Shown: positions 24,001-36,057, counted from the first letter of the stretch. The stretch: DNA of 64,000 bases from Lytechinus pictus (GCF_037042905.1 NC_087250.1:13580001-13644000), one strand, 5' to 3'. The notes: generated by a model from the letters alone, not told the origin. A program made the numbers and translations.

Positions 24001-27000
24001 TGACAGCTTAAAAAAGAAATTAGCAAAGAAAATGATTAAACAAATTATGAAGAGAATTGAAATCCGACAGATATGAACAAGCATTGCTTGCACTGACCAG
24101 AATAGAAATCAATAAAACTACATGGCTGCATGAGATTCGGGGGAGGGGTACGTGTAGCCTAGGGGAGGAGACCCTTATTCATTTTGCCTTTTTTGAGGGG
24201 AGGGGGAGGTTGGAGAAGGAAAAGGTTTAAAAAGTCAATATAAAACTGATGAATATATCATGGGTGTATAGTCAGAAAAATCCATGTGTACAGTCAATGC
24301 AATATTAAATTACTATAGGAAAACATGTACCTGCTATGACCCCACCCCCCCCCCCCCCCCCCCCCGAGTAAGTAAAACATACATTTCTTATCTTTTGATA
24401 ATTAAAAATGTGAAGTATTATGAAACTTTTATGATTTTAAAAAGCCTTACATATAAGTACCAAGAAAATTATGCCTTTGAAAATCATATAGCACAATTGG
24501 TAAATGTTAATGTGTATTGTCAGTTACCGACAAGTAATGATAAAAATGTTCAAATCAAAGAAAGGAATTAAGAAAAAGAAAAAAAATTTTCATTAAAATG
24601 TTCCTAGAAACTCAGGTATACTTCCACATCAAGCTCACTTTCATGTGAAGCCCTGCACAAAAGATACAATGCAATGATTCCACACATTTGACTTCCATGT
24701 GTTATCTCTATGGCAAATTAAGTGTAATGTCAGTTACCGTAATGTCAGTTACCAGCATGGTTGTGGAAAAATTATCATAGCCCCCAAAAGACAAAAACGA
24801 ATTGTTAAATATTTTGACACATCTTAACCTAGTAACGGAGGTATATTTACATATTCAAATTATTACTCTATCTACTCAGGGACATGAGATATTTCAATTT
24901 TAATGAACACCCTGGAATTGCATGTCCTTTTGCGTAATGTCAGTTACCGACACATTTTTGCTTGCTGATGCGTAAAAAAATGTGGTTACATAGGAAAACT
25001 TAGTATCAGAGTATACAGCAAGGTTCACTTTATTAACTCTATCAAAAGCAAACTCCCATCATTTGTTGTTTTAGAGATACACACAATGAAAGGTGTGAAA
25101 ACATTGTGCCGTGTAATGTCAGTTACCGTGAAAATGCCCATAAGGTTAATCAAGTATCACTGAACATCCTGCATGAGTTTCACATCACATGACCAAGGTC
25201 AAAGGTCATTTAGGGTCAATGAACTTTGGCCGAATTGGGGGTATCTGTTGAATTACCATCATAACTTTGAAAGTTTATGGATCTGATTCATGAAACTTGG
25301 ACATAATAGTAATCAAGTATTACTGAACATCCTGTGCAAGTTTCAGGTCACATGATCAAGGTCAAAGGTCATTTAGGGTCAATGAACTTTGGCCAAATTG
25401 GGGTATTTGTTGAATTACAGCCATAAATTTGAAAGTGTGTTGGTCTAGTTCATAAAACTTGGACATAATAGTAATCAAGTATCACTGAACATCCTGTGCG
25501 AGTTTCAGGTCACATGATCAAGGTCAAAGGTCATGTAAGGTCAAAGAACTTTGGCCACGTTGGGGGTATTTGTTGAATTGCCATCATATCTCTATAAGTG
25601 TATTGGTCTAGTTCATAAAACGTGGAAATAAGAGTAACCAAGTATCACTGAACATCTTGTGCGAGTTATAGTAGTTTTCAAAATCAGCACTGCTGCTATA
25701 TTGAATCGCGTGATGCAGGTGAGACGGCCAGAGGCATTCCACTTGTTTATCATTGCTCTTGAAGGTTGGCACAAAAATTTATCTTGAGTAAAGACATGCA
25801 AGATTCATTTTCAAAATGTGTTGGAAACTGTGTTGTCATGGTAATGGTGTAGCCCGGGGTTTCAAGATCTCAAGTAGGGGGCTCACTTTGTGAGCTTGTA
25901 ACTTGTTTTGCCCCCTCAGAATACAACGCAATGACAACAATATTTAATTGTTTTTCTGATATCAGGGTTGGCTTGAAAGGAGATAAAAATGATGCAAGGA
26001 CAAATGCCTTTTTCAATATCATGAGGAATCTACCACAGTAAGTTGATTTCATTTTCATTTTTTTTTTTTTTTTTGGTTTTGTAATTCTTTATAACTTTTA
26101 TTCAATTCTGTGAACAGTTTAATTTATGTTGTTACCTGTACCAGAATTCATCTTCAACAAAGAAATTTACAATAAACAGACATACCAGAGTATGTAACAA
26201 AAATTTTTAGAAAAGAGATATTTTGAAAAAAAGGCATCTCTATTGATTACATGCAAAACGATGAACAAAGTTGTATTTTCTATGACATACCTGTATCAAT
26301 AAGAAAGTTTGCAGGGGTTGCTGCCATAAGCTTAGAACGACTGTCTGTAGTCTGCAGGCACAGACCCTGATTGAAACTTTCATCAACAAGTGTGTCTCGA
26401 CGCAAAGACTAGCACATACGAAACCTGCTGTTTCAATCCTGAGCGAGAGGGCCGTCAGTACACAAGGCATGGGTAGGCTGCACATTCAGACCCGTAACTT
26501 GAGTGAAGGGTTTGCCCAGTAGACTACACTATCTGCTTGACAACCATTTTATTTGAGCCCCAACGTTGTATGTCAACTCTGAATGTCGAATCATTTGAGC
26601 GTTGGTGAAAATACATTATAAGGGTGGTGGGCAATTTCGCCCTCATGACAGCCAAACTTACCCCTAACATATGAAAAATGGAATGATTTGGGGCGAGCAA
26701 CTTTTCTTAAGTTGCCCCAATATCTGCCACAAACGATAATAAAAACATTTAGAAGTCAATATTCTGCATACAGCAGAAGAAATTTGAAAAATATTTATTT
26801 TTGTTGTAGTGTAACTGTAATATTGGAGAGCAATTTGTACAAAGCGCATAGAGCAATTTCAATTGATTATGCGCTATATAAGTACCAATTTATTATTATT
26901 ATTATTAATATGCTTTTGAAGCATAATTGCTAATTCAGAAAAAAAAAGATAATTTCAATTCAGACATTGCCTTTCTTTAAACAGTTAATCTCATTTATCT

Positions 27001-30000
27001 ATATTTTTTCTAAGTATTTTTTTTTTTTTAATTCTTATGTATTTCTATGTTTTTTTAACCTTTGTTTTCTATTGTTTTTTTCAATAAACTATGTCGGGGA
27101 CCCAGACGATCATAAATAGCAGAAAATCAGTCCATTTAAACTAACAAAAGTAAAAATAATTATATGTTTATGATTTTTTGGTTAAAAACACAATTTGACT
27201 TTGTGCATGGAATCATGTTTTTTTGAGCAATTTTGTGTCTGACATGCACTTAGGGTTAATTTGCATAATTTTGGAAAGACTCTCCCAGCGGTGCGGTTAG
27301 AAAATTTTGCACGGCGGCAAAGTGACAAAATTTTTTGAGGGGGTTAAATTGACCCCCCTCCCACCCCAGTCAAGTAAGGGTTAAAGTTGATCACTTTCAT
27401 GAGCATACAATTAAGAGAGGAATAAGTTCCAACTTTTTCAGTTAATTTTCTTTTTAACGTTGTGTTATCTTTTCACAGAATAGCCAAGAGACCGACTTAC
27501 TTGCTGGTTGAAAATGTGAAAGGATTTGAGACCTCAGAAACAAGGTATATTTTAACCTTATCCAATTAGTCAACGTTTTCTGGAGTACCGTAGACTGAAG
27601 GGACGCTGTCACAAAAAAGCTATTTGCATTTTTTATATCACATCTCTGCAATATTTTTCACCCTATTTTTTTAATGCTTCTATTATAGTCATTTTATCAT
27701 CAGGGTGAACTTCCCCTTTAAAGCAGCTTTATAATAATAATAATAGGCATTTATATAGCGCCATCTATCTAGAAATACTATCTTCCGAGGCGCAGTGTTT
27801 ATTATTATTATTACCCCGGCTTTAGCTCGAGCTGCCTTTCAGCGCTCAGTGCATTCAAGGAATTAATCCTGCCGGGTACCCATTTACCTCACCTGGGTTG
27901 AGTGCAGCACAGTGTGGATAAATTTCTTGCTGAAGAAAATTACGCCATGGCTGGGATTCGAACCCACGACCCTCTGTTTCAAAGTCAGAAGACTAATCCA
28001 TGGGCCACAAGGCTCCACGCTTTATGAAATACCACTTGGGAGTTTCACCAAAATGTTCGTTTAGAGTTATGGAACGACTATGGATGTGCCAATTTGAGAT
28101 AAATCTCTTACAACAGAGGTTCAATTCTTAGAAGAATGATGAAAAAAAAAGAGTTTTCTCTCTCAACATCATAAAAGCATTTAAGGAAAGGACAATGTAG
28201 GAAATGTACATTGTAAACACATTTTTTGAGCTTCCCGTAACTGTAGCTCAGACATACATATATACTCGACTATATAAAAGTTAAAGGTAAAAGACAGGAG
28301 TTGCAGCAAACAATTCTTTCAGGAGAAAGTCTTTAAAATCAAGATTAAATGCCACCATATTATAATAGATCTAGTTCTGGTTCATTAAAATAAATTGATC
28401 TTTGTGAATTCATGAAATCTGAAAACTGGTAATTCTGATAATCACTAACGCAAAATGCCATATGTGGGACAGTGTATTAATGATTGGAAAAATACCCGAC
28501 ATTCTATGGAATTCTGTGCTTTTTTTGCTAATTTCTCCACATTTGGCACATATATTTCAATTATACATACAAACACTTTGGTGGTCATTTCATTGGATTC
28601 TGTTCAAACTCATTTTGAGATCGTTACCACAACTGGTATTTATCTTTAAACCGGACTTTCGAATATGGGCCAGTGGTATCAGAATAAACTGTATTTTTAA
28701 CCAGTTTTGAATGTTTTTTCTGTATTATTGTTTTTGCAGAAATTTCCTTGTGGATACTCTGCAGAGGTGCAATTACAACTTTCAGGTAATAATGTGCTTG
28801 GTTAAATGAATAAATTCATGGGTGGTGTTGCACATTAAAGGTGCATAATCTCTGGATTCAGAGGGCACTGTCGGACAGGTAAACTGCCAATTCGTCTACT
28901 GCCAACTCGTCCCCTGACCACATGGTCTACTTTCATTTAGTCTAATGCCATGCCGTCCATCAACATTTTGTCTAATAACCATTAGGTCCAATAACCATTT
29001 GGTCTAATTATCACTTCGTCTAATCACCATTTCGTCTATGACCATTTCGTCACAAAACCAGTTGGTCTAATATCCATTTCATTTTCATTCATTTTGCACA
29101 ATTTAACTCTTAGTCCAATTAGACCAAATGGTATATGGACTAAATGGCTTTTGGACCAACTGGTTATTAGACAGAATGTCATGAGACTAAATGAAAGTAG
29201 ACAATGTGGTGAGTGGACGAACTGATAGTAGACCAAATGATATTAGACGAGTTGGCAATTGGACAAATTGGCATTAGACGAATCGGAAATAAACCCTGCG
29301 TGACTGGCTGATGCAAATTACGTTGATCTTCGTAACAAAGATGGCGGTGCTTACAAAACCATCCAACAGTGCCGAGGATCGTGCACCTTTAAAGTCATGC
29401 ATTATTTATTGCCTGAAATAAGGTACTAAATATAGATCTTTAAAATATAATTTTTCTGATTCTGTTTATTGTAACTCCCGTTGGAACTCAGCAGGACAGC
29501 GTTTTGCTGGTAAACGCCAAGTTGGAATATAACCAATTACCTACATAAACATTTTACGTCTACGTTAATCAGCCATAGTGGCTGACCTTATTGACGACAG
29601 ATATTACTCGCTGGCCTTTTTATCAAAGTGGAGACAATGGCAGAGTGGGGATTCGAACTCACAACCTTGAGATTATGAGTCCCATGCTCTAACCACAGGA
29701 CCACACGACCCGTGATCTCAATAATGATTATGCCGCAGCACTTTAAGGGTCAATAATGGCTTGGTATCAAAAGACGAGACTTGGAAATATATAACTGCAT
29801 ACAACATACAGAGCAGTTGCATAAAAGTAAAAAATTGAATTGTTCTTAGGTTGGGGTTCAAAATTCGATTGCCTCCACCCCCCCCCCTTCATTTCTCCTC
29901 ATTGGTTTTGGGCTAAGTGACATTTTGACTCCAAATTTGTTATGAAATATGTACAGAATTTTCATAGATGACTTTGAAAGTGATGAATTCAAAGTCTGCT

Positions 30001-33000
30001 ATTTTTCCTCTGGTAAAGGGCTGGAATTTGCCCCTTCTTTTCATATATCAAAATTGTCTTTGCTTTAATTCTAGGAATTCCTGCTCTCCCCAATGGACAT
30101 CGGCATACCCAATCAGCGTGTACGATACTTCATGCTTGCCAAACAGCGCCCTCTAAAGTTTGACGAGAAATATGGCTCAGATCTTGTGAAGCACAGAGTA
30201 AACATGCCTTTGATTACAAATGAAGGAAATGAACCTAGCAGACTGGTTTGTGACAACTCTATGGTGTCCCCACTGGGGCAGGCAAATGTGGACATAGCTT
30301 CATGTGAAATGCAGGATGGATCATTCATGGTATCTTCGAATGAGCAAGTTGTTGGAACAAAATCAGAAGAGGAGCTTAGAAATCTCCTCCATTCGACTGA
30401 GGAATCAACTTTAAATGAAAAGGAAAAGACACTTGGTAAAGAGGTGACTTATTGTGGTGATATGGTGTCTTCAAGTGAACAAAGCGAACAGGAAAATTGT
30501 CAGGATGATGGGGGCCGTAAAATAGGCGGCTACCTTCAAACTGATTTGGACGAAGAATCAATGGAGGAATATCTGATACCGGACAAGATTTTACTGAAGT
30601 ATGCACACATGATGGACATTGTTACAGCCGATGAGACAAAGACTCGATGCTTCACCAAAGCGTAAGGAATTTCATACTATTGGCCTGTTTCATAAAGACC
30701 TATAATGGGGGACCTAAATCTCCCCAACTTTGTTTACGAACAATCAAAGTTATGACAATTTAAATATTTCATAGAGCAACTAACTTTATTTTATGATGAA
30801 TAAAGATCATAACTGATGAAGATCAAACTGACTAAAACATAAAATGATGATTAAAGACCCCAAATTGTGAAATTTCCTAAGAAATTGGTCTTTTTCTGTC
30901 CTAACTCTTTTTATACACACAGTTGTTTGAGAGATGTATGTATGTGACCTACCACCCCGAAACCACCAATAAGTCACCAGGTGAGGTTCTCTGTAAATAG
31001 CTTAAATAATAATTTAATCTCTAAAATCCAGACATGAACAAAAATTGCTTGCCTGAAAGAGCAATTCTTCTTCTTCAAACTGAAAATTTGAAGTCGTGAA
31101 GTTGAATAAAAGAAAAGATACAAGAGTTTCTTTGACACTACTTTTTCGGACTGCTTGGAAGTTTCACTGAGATTACACAGTATGTATTCTCATGCTTGAG
31201 TGAACCCCAACTTCAAACCTTTTTTTCTCCTTATTTTTTAAGCTCTTGCTGAATTTCCTCTGCATTCAATCAAGTACTTGTAATGCTTATTGTCGGTCAA
31301 TTTTAACATATTATATATCATTTTAAAGCTTAGGAAATGAATTTTCAAGCTCAGTTTTTAAATGACCATTCTATTCAAGGGGAATCCAGCCTTGGCCATA
31401 AATGTTGTGTTGGGAAGGAGAAAAATAAATTAAACAGAATGGTGAAAGTTTGAAAGAAATCGGACAAGCAATAAGAAAGTTATAGCTGCTTTAAAATTTA
31501 GATCACTTATACTATGTAGATTTCAAATTGGCAACTGGGTAAGTAAATTATGACAAGGGGCAAGGACAACTTTCCCATAGGCCATGTACTTTATTATCAG
31601 GGATTTGTGGTTTTCTCCTAAGTACCCATTCCCCTGGGGCAGTAATCTAAATATAACCCAGGTAGTATATTGTTTTATGTCCTCATGAAAGAAAAATATA
31701 ATTTGAAATAAAACTTTTGGGAAAAATGAAATTTTAGCCAAAATATGTATTGGAGTACATGGAAGAGTAGTCCTTGCCTTACATCACTGTGACATCCCAT
31801 ATGCGGCCAATTTGAAGTCTCAATGGGTATAGTGATTACCAATATTTACAACTGTTAAAATTTCATAACTTTCTTGTTGTTTGTCCAATATTGTTCAAAC
31901 TTTGACCTATCAACTTGTCTGATTTTGCTTTTCCTTATTAAAACAAGTTTTTATTTGGGTTGGATTCCCCTTTAATACAGTATACACTGATTTGTGTTTT
32001 AATAGGTATGCGTATTATGTGGAGGGTACAGGATCCACACTCAGAACTGATCTTTCAACTGATGTAAGTTTATTTCATTCAATCTGGGCCCCATCGTACA
32101 AAGAGTTACGATTGATCCAATCAATCCTAACTCTATGGAAATCCATCAGTGTCATAATTTTTTTCTGCAGGTAATTTGCAAAATGTCCTTTGTTAAGCAA
32201 AGGAGAACACACCAAACTGTTCAAGAAATCAATGAATTTATTTATGCAAAAGAGAAAGTTGCCTGACTTGGGGGTCTGCATGTCTGAATGTTGTGATTTC
32301 TATCTTAGAATACATGCAAAACCCTCCCCCAAAAAATATTAAATTTCATGTCAGCTTCTTTGTTGCATGTTGCAGAAATATCGCACTATTAAACCGTAGA
32401 TGGGGACATGGATCCTTTGAAATAATAATAATTGAATGAAGGAAGCCAATCTGCACAGGTTGCCTGTTGGGTGTATCCTGCTAACGTTTGGCAAGCTTCA
32501 AGTTGTAAAGAAACAGTCAAACAGTCTCACATTGTTCCATGCAAGCTTTATGGGTGGCTTTTTTTTGCTACCCGCAGCTCGGTCGCCCACATTGACAGTA
32601 TCTCGCACGTATCTCACACGCAGTTGCCCTCAGAAGCACACACAAGTCTGATTTGCACGCAGAAAACTCTTGAGCACACTCAAAACTTTGTTGCTGGTGA
32701 GTTGGGAGTGATCACCCACAAGGCTCGCACTGAACGGTGTGACAGGGCTTTTTTTAAAAGAAGGCATGAATATATTTACTAAACAGAGTCATCCAAAGTG
32801 GTCCTTTATTGTCAGTTGATAGCAAAAACAAGCCTAGGTTGAAGCCCGGGGGGAGGCCACTTACATTGACGAGTGGATACCATGCGCGACCAAAAGAACA
32901 TGTAAAAAGGATGTCTTTTTCAAGATAGGACACGTTACGTACGTAACGTAATAAGGGTGTCAAAAACACTAAAATAATGAAAAAAGGGTATCTATTTTTG

Positions 33001-36000
33001 ATAGGAAAACTACGTGTTTAGGGTCAAATTTGCGAGGGTATAAAAAATCAAGACTAAAGTGTAAAGGATGTACTTTTTGCCCCAAGAGTCAATTAACACT
33101 ACGTGTTTAGAGTACGATTTGCGCCGCGAGTGGAACTGTACTAAACCCAATGATGTAGGTAAAGGTAAAACCGACGGCCGACGTCCGTGACAAAACAATT
33201 GAAATGTCGCTGTACTTGCTTAGGGGTTCAATTCAGGGAACACTTGTCATATAGTATCGTTTTGTTTCCAATACTTGTTAAGGGTAGGGTTTCACACGCC
33301 AATACTTTTCAGAGTATGGAAAATACATGTTTAGGGTGCTTTTTTAGACCTCATGGTCGCGCATGGTATCCACTCGTCAATGGAAGTGGCCCCCCGGGGG
33401 GGGGGGGGTGAAGTGGCTTTGTAAATGCCCAAGTCAATGTATAGGTACTTGCATTATAATATTATTGAAACATGACATTAATTCTTTCATCAGTCCCACA
33501 CTCTTGTGTGATATTAATCTTATATTCTTTTTAATCCTAATCTTTGTTAATCCTGTCACAGATGTCTGCAGCTTTCTCTCCGGGATCATGTAGTGAGGAG
33601 GAGCGATTAGTGAGGTTGAGGGCGCTTCATCTCCGTTACTTCACTCCACGAGAGGTCGCCAACTTACATCACTTCCCGCAAGATTTTGGTGAGCAAAATA
33701 TTTTTTTTTTTTTGTCGAAGGGCACTTCCCCCCGGGGGGCCACTTCAATTGACGAGTGGATGCCATGCGCGGTCATGGGTTTTGAAAAGCACCATAAATA
33801 AGTATTTTCCATGTTCTGAAAATGCACCCCTTAACAAGTATTAGCATGTGAAACCTTACCCTTAACCCTAAAAGAGGCAGGTTATTTTCCCCCATCTCAC
33901 AGCCGGGGGGGATACCGATGCCCCCCCCCCCCCCCCTCCCGAGATCTCGGCCTTCGATCACGCAAGCACCGCAAAGATTTGCACGGTGGTAGTGTGCGAT
34001 GAAATCTACAAGGTTTTTTTATTATTTTTTTTGAAATAATGTGATTTTTTATTTAATTAATTAATTATGCTAATTTATACATGAAATAAAACATTTGCCC
34101 TGATCAACGATCATACTCCCCAAAACTGCTAATTTTTTTATTCACAGACTCTTTGTATGATCCTGATCAAATTTACTTCACAGAAAATTTGGTATTGCAA
34201 TTTTTTTTTCTTTTGTATTTTATTGTTTTTTTATTTCTTATGTATTTCCTTGTTTTTCAAATTTTTGTTTTTTATTGTTTTTTCGATGGAAATTGAAGTC
34301 AAACACTTGTCAATGGAACATTGATAATTTGTAACTTGGGAAGTATGAAGGAGTTGTCACACACTCTCCCTTTCATTTTCAATTTATTCAATCATATCAA
34401 ATATAAATACAAACATCATAGTGTTGTATACATGTATTCAGAACACACAGAGTACAGCTTGGCCCATACAAAGCAAATTGCTTGAGGAATGGCCTAGAGG
34501 ACCATTTTTCTTGTGCTTTGTTTAAAAAGAATTTTCAGACATTTCAATAATTCATTCGTGCTCACTTTATAATTAATTACAAGTAGGCTTCAGCAGCGCG
34601 CGACACTAGCACTGGTTCGACGGTCCCAGACAGGTAAAAATTGCTATTGGGCCAGTAACTTTTCAGAAAAAGCCAGATTTACTGGTCCGACATGACCAGT
34701 AAGATTTATATCTCACTGATACAAAATATATTTTCTTCTCTTTTGTAAATTATAAAAATGGCTCTGGCCACAGCGCCTGGCGTCTCAAGAAATTACTCTC
34801 ATGAATTATGCTGTGTGTGTACTGTTTTTTTTTTTTTTTTTTTTTGGGGGGGTAACAATTAGCAATAAAAGACAGCAAAATAAACTCTAAGTCTTTACAA
34901 TTTTCTTTATTTTTGGGGACCAGTAAATTTTAGGTTCGGTCCAGTAAAAAATTGAAAAACTGGGTATGTACTGGTCCGACATGATCAGGTCGGACCAGTA
35001 GAGAAAAGGGTTAGTGTGGGGCCTACCTTCAGTGATATATGTTAGTTACATGGGGAGTCAAACCAACTACATTTCATTGGAAAAAAGCTGAAAAATCTTG
35101 AATTTCCTACATGCCTATAATACAGAATAGTGAGTTCACCAGTGCATGGTATCATCAACTCATTGCATGCAATCCCTGTTGTGCACATCACTGTTTTTTT
35201 TAAATGAGACAAATTTATTTTGGTAATATCAATATCCAATTTTTATGAAGTTCTTTCCGTTTGATATTTCTGAATTAATAAGGAGAATGAAGTCTTGATG
35301 ATGGTAGTGTGAAAATTTGTGATCCTGTATTTAAAACATTAGTTTGTATTTATTTGTAGCAATTAGCTAGTTTATTGTTAAACTGATGATTTTATTTACT
35401 TGATGTTTACCATTCCCCAAATGTGACGTGGAGAGTTAAATCGGGTTAGATTGGATATATATATTTTTTTATTCTTTTATTGTTTTAGTGAGGTGTCATG
35501 AATCATATATCATCAACATGTTTGCTATAATATTCCTTTGTATTGTTATATTAATTTCATTAAGGGGCCCCTTTCACCAGCTCTGCTTCTATGGGGTCCA
35601 AAACCGTACATGTTATATTCTTTTTGCCAACCTTTGTACTAAATATTTGTCTTATATATATATATATAACCTGATTGGTTTGAATAAACTTATATCACTT
35701 ATAATATCACTTATCACTTACATATCATGATTTTATATATCAGTATTTCATTATTATAATTATAATAATAATAATAACGGTATACCTGCAGGGTAGCCAC
35801 TTCAGTTCCAAAAACTTTTCTCCCGGCGGGCCCTGCTATTAGTATTATTTTTTAATATTATTTTTATGGTTTAATATCTCTCTCTCCTTTACTCTCTTTC
35901 TACATGTATATCCCCCCACACCTCTCATCCTTTCACATTCATCTGATATGCAGGTTTCCCAGAGTGTGCTACCAAAAAGCAGAGATACCGTTTGCTAGGC

Positions 36001-36057
36001 AACAGTCTGAATGTGACACTTGTGGCAAGGCTAATAAATTACATGGTTTCATCATGA
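11949..36057 (+). CDS. TRDMT1: tRNA (cytosine-38-C5)-methyltransferase DNMT2, full spliced gene span (10 coding exons, 1350 nt, 449 aa)
   Basis: join(11949-12051,18831-18940,21164-21240,25966-26037,27479-27544,28740-28785,30075-30661,32006-32063,33562-33688,35954-36057). All introns are GT-AG and phases are consistent. C5-MTase motifs occur in order: EFFSGVGG (I), SPPCQPF (IV), ENVKGF (VI), PNQRVRY (VIII), the DNMT2-specific CFTKAY..EGTGS, LRYFTPRE (IX) and LLGNSLNV (X). Confidence 0.96.
13678..15566. mobile_element. hAT-type MITE with 8-bp TSD
   Basis: TIR cagggtgac / gtcaccctg; perfect TSD gccaggac at 13670-13677 and 15567-15574; CT-rich interior. Confidence 0.85.
13922..14878 (+). mobile_element. 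HINE/Helentron-type element, copy 2
   Basis: Same termini and internal units as copy 1; nearly identical to 21779-22738. Confidence 0.85.
16985..18672 (-). mobile_element. 5'-truncated L2/CR1-group LINE (RT domain, C-terminus, 3' UTR) in TRDMT1 intron 1
   Basis: ORF 17836-18669: LLDLSAAFDTVDH, GIPQGS, YADD, LQRLQNAAAR. Frameshifted continuation 17523-17735: RNLRSS..GERAF..LWSSLP..TYLF. Tail gcgctatacaaatc..(tat)n at about 16985. Confidence 0.92.
18831..18940 (+). CDS. TRDMT1: TRDMT1 coding exon 2
   Basis: tttcag acceptor; (D)CGVPCSVVAAVEINTVANAVYQHNFPEVNLMQRNLE; donor GAG|GTTGGT; 110 nt. Confidence 0.93.
18998..19253. mobile_element. MITE with caggggtggatcc / ggatccgccacta termini
   Basis: Inverted termini; imperfect flanking repeat cgtaagt/tataagt; sits inside an older gggtgttgcata..atgaaacaccc element. 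Confidence 0.65.
19409..19664. mobile_element. Harbinger-like MITE (family also at 32087-32260 and 50876-51147)
   Basis: gggccccgtcttacaaagagttgcgattgatc / gatcagttgtaaatctttgcaagagagggccc. Confidence 0.65.
21164..21240 (+). CDS. TRDMT1: TRDMT1 coding exon 3 (catalytic PPC motif)
   Basis: cacag acceptor; GFSADDFSSFDADMFVMSPPCQPFT(R); donor AG|GTATTT; 77 nt. Confidence 0.96.
21779..22738 (+). mobile_element. HINE copy 4, inserted into the T-run of copy 3
   Basis: Full element between ...gttaagtt and tgaaatgtcatc, with no TSD. Confidence 0.85.
22797..25139. mobile_element. 2343-bp non-autonomous DNA transposon, Sola2-like
   Basis: Perfect 12-bp TIR gggcattttcac / gtgaaaatgccc; 4-bp TSD ATAA at 22793-22796 and 25140-25143, confirmed against uninterrupted HINE copies. 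Confidence 0.85.
25966..26037 (+). CDS. TRDMT1: TRDMT1 coding exon 4
   Basis: atcag acceptor; (R)VGLKGDKNDARTNAFFNIMRNLP; donor CA|GTAAGT; 72 nt. Confidence 0.93.
27479..27544 (+). CDS. TRDMT1: TRDMT1 coding exon 5 (ENV motif)
   Basis: tttcacag acceptor; (Q)IAKRPTYLLVENVKGFETSET(R); donor AG|GTATAT; 66 nt. Confidence 0.95.
27730..28018 (-). mobile_element. tRNA-derived SINE with Deu/Nin-like core
   Basis: Minus strand: A-box-like tggcccatgg, B-box ggttcgaatcc, core cccaggtgaggtaaatgggtacc, L2-like tail gcgctatataaatg(tat)n. Confidence 0.85.
28740..28785 (+). CDS. TRDMT1: TRDMT1 coding exon 6
   Basis: tttttgcag acceptor; (R)NFLVDTLQRCNYNFQ; donor CAG|GTAATA; 46 nt. Confidence 0.9.
28878..29296. 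mobile_element. Palindromic MITE built of gtct/agac short repeats (family also at 37385-37788 and 39339-39797)
   Basis: ggtaaactgccaattcgtctactgccaactcgtc ... gacgagttggcaattggac; three similar copies in the window. Confidence 0.7.
29570..29712 (-). mobile_element. tRNA-derived SINE fragment
   Basis: Minus strand gggtcgtgtggtcctgtggttagagc...gagttcgaatccccact (A and B boxes). Confidence 0.65.
30075..30661 (+). CDS. TRDMT1: TRDMT1 coding exon 7 (motif VIII, long acidic insert, CFT motif)
   Basis: ttctag acceptor; EFLLSPMDIGIPNQRVRYFMLAK...MDIVTADETKTRCFTK(A); donor GC|GTAAGG; 587 nt; contains ORF 30093-30665. Confidence 0.92.
31378..31971. mobile_element. Kolobok-like MITE
   Basis: aggggaatccagcc / ggttggattcccct followed by ttaa; arms are internally inverted. 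Confidence 0.7.
32006..32063 (+). CDS. TRDMT1: TRDMT1 coding exon 8
   Basis: aatag acceptor; (A)YAYYVEGTGSTLRTDLSTD; donor GAT|GTAAGT; 58 nt. Confidence 0.94.
32845..33398. mobile_element. CCCGGG-terminated MITE (fragments also at 16545-16835, 18690-18790 and 33730-33860)
   Basis: cccgggggg..ccacttacattgacgagtggataccatgcgcgacc / ggtcgcgcatggtatccactcgtcaatggaagtggccccccggg. Confidence 0.8.
33562..33688 (+). CDS. TRDMT1: TRDMT1 coding exon 9
   Basis: tcacag acceptor; MSAAFSPGSCSEEERLVRLRALHLRYFTPREVANLHHFPQDF; donor G|GTGAGC; 127 nt. Confidence 0.92.
35954..36057 (+). CDS. TRDMT1: TRDMT1 coding exon 10 (last)
   Basis: tgcag acceptor; (G)FPECATKKQRYRLLGNSLNVTLVARLINYMVSS*; TGA at 36055-36057. 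Confidence 0.95.

Larger units (their letters stand above)
21493..25746 (+). mobile_element. HINE copy 3, interrupted by HINE copy 4 and a Sola-like element
   Basis: Reconstructs as 21493-21778 + 22739-22796 + 25144-25746, collinear with copy 2. Confidence 0.85.

Noticed and set aside
26345..26528. Intronic snoRNA or antisense exon
   Set aside because: The ends are inverted (tgtagtctgcaggcacagaccct / agggtttgcccagtagactaca), which a small MITE explains better
27945..28018. tRNA genes (also 36310-36381 and 29645-29712)
   Set aside because: A/B-box heads lack a proper acceptor stem and continue into SINE core and tail sequence
11949..36057. Bacterial-type DNA C5 methyltransferase or restriction-modification system
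   Set aside because: The gene is spliced and has the DNMT2-specific CFT..Y..EGTGS signature; there is no partner nuclease
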